Shown here one piece after another: positions 61,078 through 64,000 of a DNA stretch of 64,000 nucleotides. Below the pieces are notes generated by a model. It was not told the DNA's origin. It saw nothing but the letters and a program-made list of their open reading frames with translations, and did no database searches. A program made the translations under genes and the position numbers. The stretch comes from an uncultured Acidobacteriota bacterium. GTDB lineage: Bacteria > Acidobacteriota > Vicinamibacteria > Vicinamibacterales > UBA2999. Numbering within the stretch: the stretch's first letter is position 1; each line of letters opens with the position of its first letter. The stretch lies in NCBI GenBank assembly GCA_963772955.1, contig CAVYZF010000001.1, positions 147,860 to 211,859 of the forward strand. Reading direction: 5' to 3'.

Positions 61078-63795
61078 TCAGTGCTTGGCGTCCCGCCAGT
61101 TCTCAGCGATTCCTACGTCCACCGTCAGCGGCACGCTGAGCGCCGCCGCGCCTTCCATGTGCATGCGCACGAACGCCGACATCGCTTCGGCATCCTCGCG
61201 CGCACACTCAAACAACAACTCGTCGTGCACCGTCAGGATCATCTGCGCGTTGAGCCCGCTGGCGGGAAGCGCCCCGTGCAGATCGATCATCGCCCGCTTG
61301 AGAATGTCCGCGGCCGTGCCCTGGATCGGCATATTGACCGCTTCGCGCTCGGCCTGGCTGCGCATCTGATAGTTCCGGCTCGTCAGGTTCGGCATGAGGC
61401 GCCGGCGGCCGAACATTGTTTTCACCACCCCTGACTGCCGCGCCTCTTCCAGCGTCCGGTCGATGAATGCGCGCACGCGCGGAAAGCCGGTGAAGTAGGC
61501 GTTGATGAATTCCTGCGCGGCTTCCTGTGTCACGTTGATGTCCTTGGCAAGGGTGAAGGATGTCTTGCCGTAGAGCACCGCGTAGTTGACCATCTTCGAT
61601 CGACTGCGCAGCTCGTGCCGGCTCAGGCCCGGATTCGGCCCGAACAGGTTCGCGGCAGTCCGATCGTGGATGTCTTCGCCAGTCCGGAACGCATCGATGA
61701 GCGCGTCTTCGCCGGCCAGATGCGCGAGGACACGAAGCTCAATCTGCGAGTAATCGGCGGAAATCAGCACCGATCCGGGAGCCGCGATGAAGGCGCGCCG
61801 GATCTCGCGACCGAGCTCCGTCCGGATCGGGATGTTCTGCAGGTTTGGGTCAGAGCTGCTCAGTCTCCCGGTCGCGGCAATCGCCTGGTTGAAGCTCGTA
61901 TGCACGCGCCCCGTGATCGGGTGCACCATCAACGGCAACGCGTCGATGTAGGTGCTCTTGAGTTTGTGGAGCCCACGCCACTCGAGCACGAGTTTCGGGA
62001 GCTCGTGAACGAGCGCGAGCTCCTCGAGTACTTCAGCCGCCGTTGAAAACGATCGCGTCTTACCTGTCTTCCTGGCGACGGGCATCGCCAGCTTCTCGAA
62101 CAGAATGCGCCCGAGCTGCTGCGGAGAGTTGATGTTGAACTCCTCCTGGGCGAGCTCGAAGATGCGAGCGGTGAACGATGCGAGCTGCTCTTCCAGATGG
62201 CGCGACTGCGCCGCGAGGAGTGGCTGATCGACCAGCACCCCCGCGCGTTCGATAGCGACGAGCACCGGAATAAGCGGCATCTCGAGCTCGCGGTACACCG
62301 ACTCCAGCTGATCGCTCACGATCAGTGGTGCCAGCTTGCCTGACAGTTGCCAGGCGAGGTCAGCCCGTTCGGCGGCGAAGCTGCGAATCGCCTCAGGTGG
62401 CAGGTTCTGAAAGGGGACAGCCTTCACGCCTTTACCGCGGACGTCCTCTTCGCTGTGCGCGCGATAGCCGAGATGTTCAAGAGCAACTTCCTCGAGCACG
62501 TGATTCGATCGATTGGCGTCCAGCAGGTAGCTCGCAAGAATCGAGTCGAAATCCAGTCCGCGGAGCGTGATGCCGGACCGCGCCAGAACGAGCGCGACCG
62601 TCTTCAGGTCGTGCCCGCGCTTGCGGATCGCTTCGTCCTCGAGCAGCGGCTTCAGCGTGCGAAGCACGAGATCCGCACCGAGCTGTGTGGGAGCGGAGGC
62701 ACTCGCCAGCAGATCGTCCCGATCATCCTCACTCCGATGACCGATCGGGATATATCGTCCCTGCCTGTCGGCGGTCGACACCGCAATCCCGACAATGGTC
62801 GATCGCATCGTGTTGGGTTGGTCGGTGATCAGGTAGACCGTGAACGTCCCGGCGGTGCGCAGCTGTGAGACGAGCGCGTTGAGCTCTGATTCTGTCGTGA
62901 CGAGCGCGTAGTCGCTTTGGACGGACTCTGCGGTCGGCGCGTAATCGTTGACGAGCGTCCGGAACGCGAGGCGCGTGAACAGCTCGAAGCAGCGCTCGCG
63001 GGACGCGCCGCGATACTTCAACGATTCGAGCTCGAACTGCACCGGCGTATCGGTCCTGATGGTCACGAGCTCGCGGCTTTGCAGTGCCTGGTCGCGGTTG
63101 GACTCGAGCGCCTCCCGCTGCCTGGGTTTGAGGTCCGCCGTGTGGGCGAGCAGGTTGTCGAGGCTGCCGAACTGCGTGAGCAGGTCGATCGCGCCCTTCT
63201 TGCCGATGCCTGGGACACCGGCCACGTTGTCGCTCGTGTCGCCGACGAGTGCGAGCACGTCGACGACCTGTGACGGCTTCACGCCGAACTTCTCGAGCAC
63301 ACCCTGCTCGTCAAACCACGCCCCGTCCTCGCGCGGGTCGTAGACGCGGATCGCCCCGTCGCGAACAAGCTGGAAGAAGTCCTTGTCGATGGACACGATG
63401 GCGATCTGGTGACCTGCCTCCGCGGCCCTCGTCGCGATCGTTCCGATCACATCGTCGGCCTCGTAGCCAGGTTTGGTGATGATTGGAACGCCTAACGCCT
63501 CGCACGCCTCGTGCACCCACCTGGTCTGCTCTGCCAGGTCGTCAGGCATCTGGACGCGATTCGCTTTGTAGTCGGCGGCGATCTGATCTCGAAAGGTGGG
63601 CCCGGCCAGATCGAACGAGGCTGCGATGTACGCTGGCTTGTGGTCGGCGAACAGCTTCCGCAGCATCGTCACGAAGACGTAGACCGCGTGCGTGGATTGG
63701 CCCTCCTGGTTCGACAGCCCGCGCCCGCGGAATGCGTGGTAGGCGCGATACATCTGCGAGCTGCCGTCGATGAGAAACAAGGTCGGATGAGCCAT
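61078..63795 (-). CDS. polA: DNA polymerase I
   Basis: 5'-nuclease N-terminus (LFLIDGSSQMYRAYHA...), a 3'-5' exonuclease-like middle region, and polymerase motif A (SADYSQIELRVLAHL), motif B (RSKMVNYAVLYG) and motif C (TVHDELLFE). 905 aa, full length. Confidence 0.93.
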   Translation of the reverse strand: MAHPTLFLIDGSSQMYRAYHAFRGRGLSNQEGQSTHAVYVFVTMLRKLFADHKPAYIAASFDLAGPTFRDQIAADYKANRVQMPDDLAEQTRWVHEACEALGVPIITKPGYEADDVIGTIATRAAEAGHQIAIVSIDKDFFQLVRDGAIRVYDPREDGAWFDEQGVLEKFGVKPSQVVDVLALVGDTSDNVAGVPGIGKKGAIDLLTQFGSLDNLLAHTADLKPRQREALESNRDQALQSRELVTIRTDTPVQFELESLKYRGASRERCFELFTRLAFRTLVNDYAPTAESVQSDYALVTTESELNALVSQLRTAGTFTVYLITDQPNTMRSTIVGIAVSTADRQGRYIPIGHRSEDDRDDLLASASAPTQLGADLVLRTLKPLLEDEAIRKRGHDLKTVALVLARSGITLRGLDFDSILASYLLDANRSNHVLEEVALEHLGYRAHSEEDVRGKGVKAVPFQNLPPEAIRSFAAERADLAWQLSGKLAPLIVSDQLESVYRELEMPLIPVLVAIERAGVLVDQPLLAAQSRHLEEQLASFTARIFELAQEEFNINSPQQLGRILFEKLAMPVARKTGKTRSFSTAAEVLEELALVHELPKLVLEWRGLHKLKSTYIDALPLMVHPITGRVHTSFNQAIAATGRLSSSDPNLQNIPIRTELGREIRRAFIAAPGSVLISADYSQIELRVLAHLAGEDALIDAFRTGEDIHDRTAANLFGPNPGLSRHELRSRSKMVNYAVLYGKTSFTLAKDINVTQEAAQEFINAYFTGFPRVRAFIDRTLEEARQSGVVKTMFGRRRLMPNLTSRNYQMRSQAEREAVNMPIQGTAADILKRAMIDLHGALPASGLNAQMILTVHDELLFECAREDAEAMSAFVRMHMEGAAALSVPLTVDVGIAENWRDAKH

Positions 63796-63819
63796 TCGAC
63801 CAACGATAATATTCTTTCG

Positions 63820-64000
63820 ATGCTTTCGTCGCCTCGCGTACTTCTGACGCTCGTTGCCGTGTGTTCGATCCTCGGAGCCGCTTGTCGCGGCGGTGGTGGG
63901 ATTCTCGGCGAGGACTACGAATACGAAGAAGAGCTCCGTCTCTACGTCGACGGTTCTGCGCGGATGGATGTGAGCTCGTCGATCGCGGCGCTCGTGGCGC
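63820..64000 (+). CDS. Putative lipoprotein, 3'-truncated by the window edge
   Basis: ATG 63820 opens MLSSPRVLLTLVAVCSILGAACRGG..., a signal peptide with a lipobox-like LGAAC. The ORF is still open at 64000 and is not in the ORF track because no stop is reached. Confidence 0.4.
   Translation, partial: MLSSPRVLLTLVAVCSILGAACRGGGGILGEDYEYEEELRLYVDGSARMDVSSSIAALVA

Noticed and set aside
1-64000. Search by eye for tRNA, rRNA, tmRNA/RNase P-like RNAs, CRISPR arrays, IS elements and terminal inverted repeats, and toxin-antitoxin or defence genes
   Set aside because: I found no T-loop/acceptor-like patterns in the intergenic regions. There are no regularly spaced direct repeats and no transposase, integrase or nuclease-helicase defence-type ORFs. 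A scan by eye can miss small RNAs, so tRNAscan-SE or Infernal should confirm.

Overview
This is a high-GC, densely coding chromosomal segment with about 55 genes on both strands. All calls come from reading motifs in the supplied translations and DNA; no homology search, fold prediction or statistics were run. The gene content, including a VWFA-related 'Acidobacterial-type' gene, suggests Acidobacteriota, but that is inference only. I saw no rRNA, tRNA, CRISPR array, IS element or prophage.

Layout:
- 1-5.9 kb: 5'-truncated mfd, a SurA-like PPIase, a NusG paralog, dusB and gmhA.
- 5.9-25.6 kb: a dense signalling island. It holds three stand-alone PilZ proteins with intact c-di-GMP motifs, a Walker-A-less PilT-like protein, a degenerate GGDEF protein that keeps its I-site, and two active-looking GGDEF cyclases. 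It also holds two sensor-less sigma-54 activators, one NtrC-type response regulator, a hybrid histidine kinase, a DHp-only mini-protein, a FliA-type sigma factor and a GAF-PP2C phosphatase.
- 25.8-64 kb: mostly housekeeping and envelope genes. These include glnA, a porin, dsbD, an orphan nuoG-like gene, M1, S9B and M49 peptidases, kbl, aminotransferases, an OmpA-like lipoprotein, malQ, glnS, rmuC, DUF1015-serC, pcnB and polA.

Three sequences match the sigma-54 -24/-12 consensus with exact spacing. They lie upstream of the PilZ + activator pair (11350), a GAF-GGDEF cyclase (13029) and the fliA-like gene (19343).

The most interesting candidate is a c-di-GMP / sigma-54 circuit. A PilZ protein is translationally coupled to a domain-less sigma-54 activator, and the pair sits next to a cyclase with a sigma-54 promoter.

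Five conserved genes (dusB, VWA, DPP-IV-like, M49, pcnB) are each split by a single-base frameshift. This is either sequence error or unusual pseudogenisation, and it limits how far any exact start, stop or fusion call here can be trusted.
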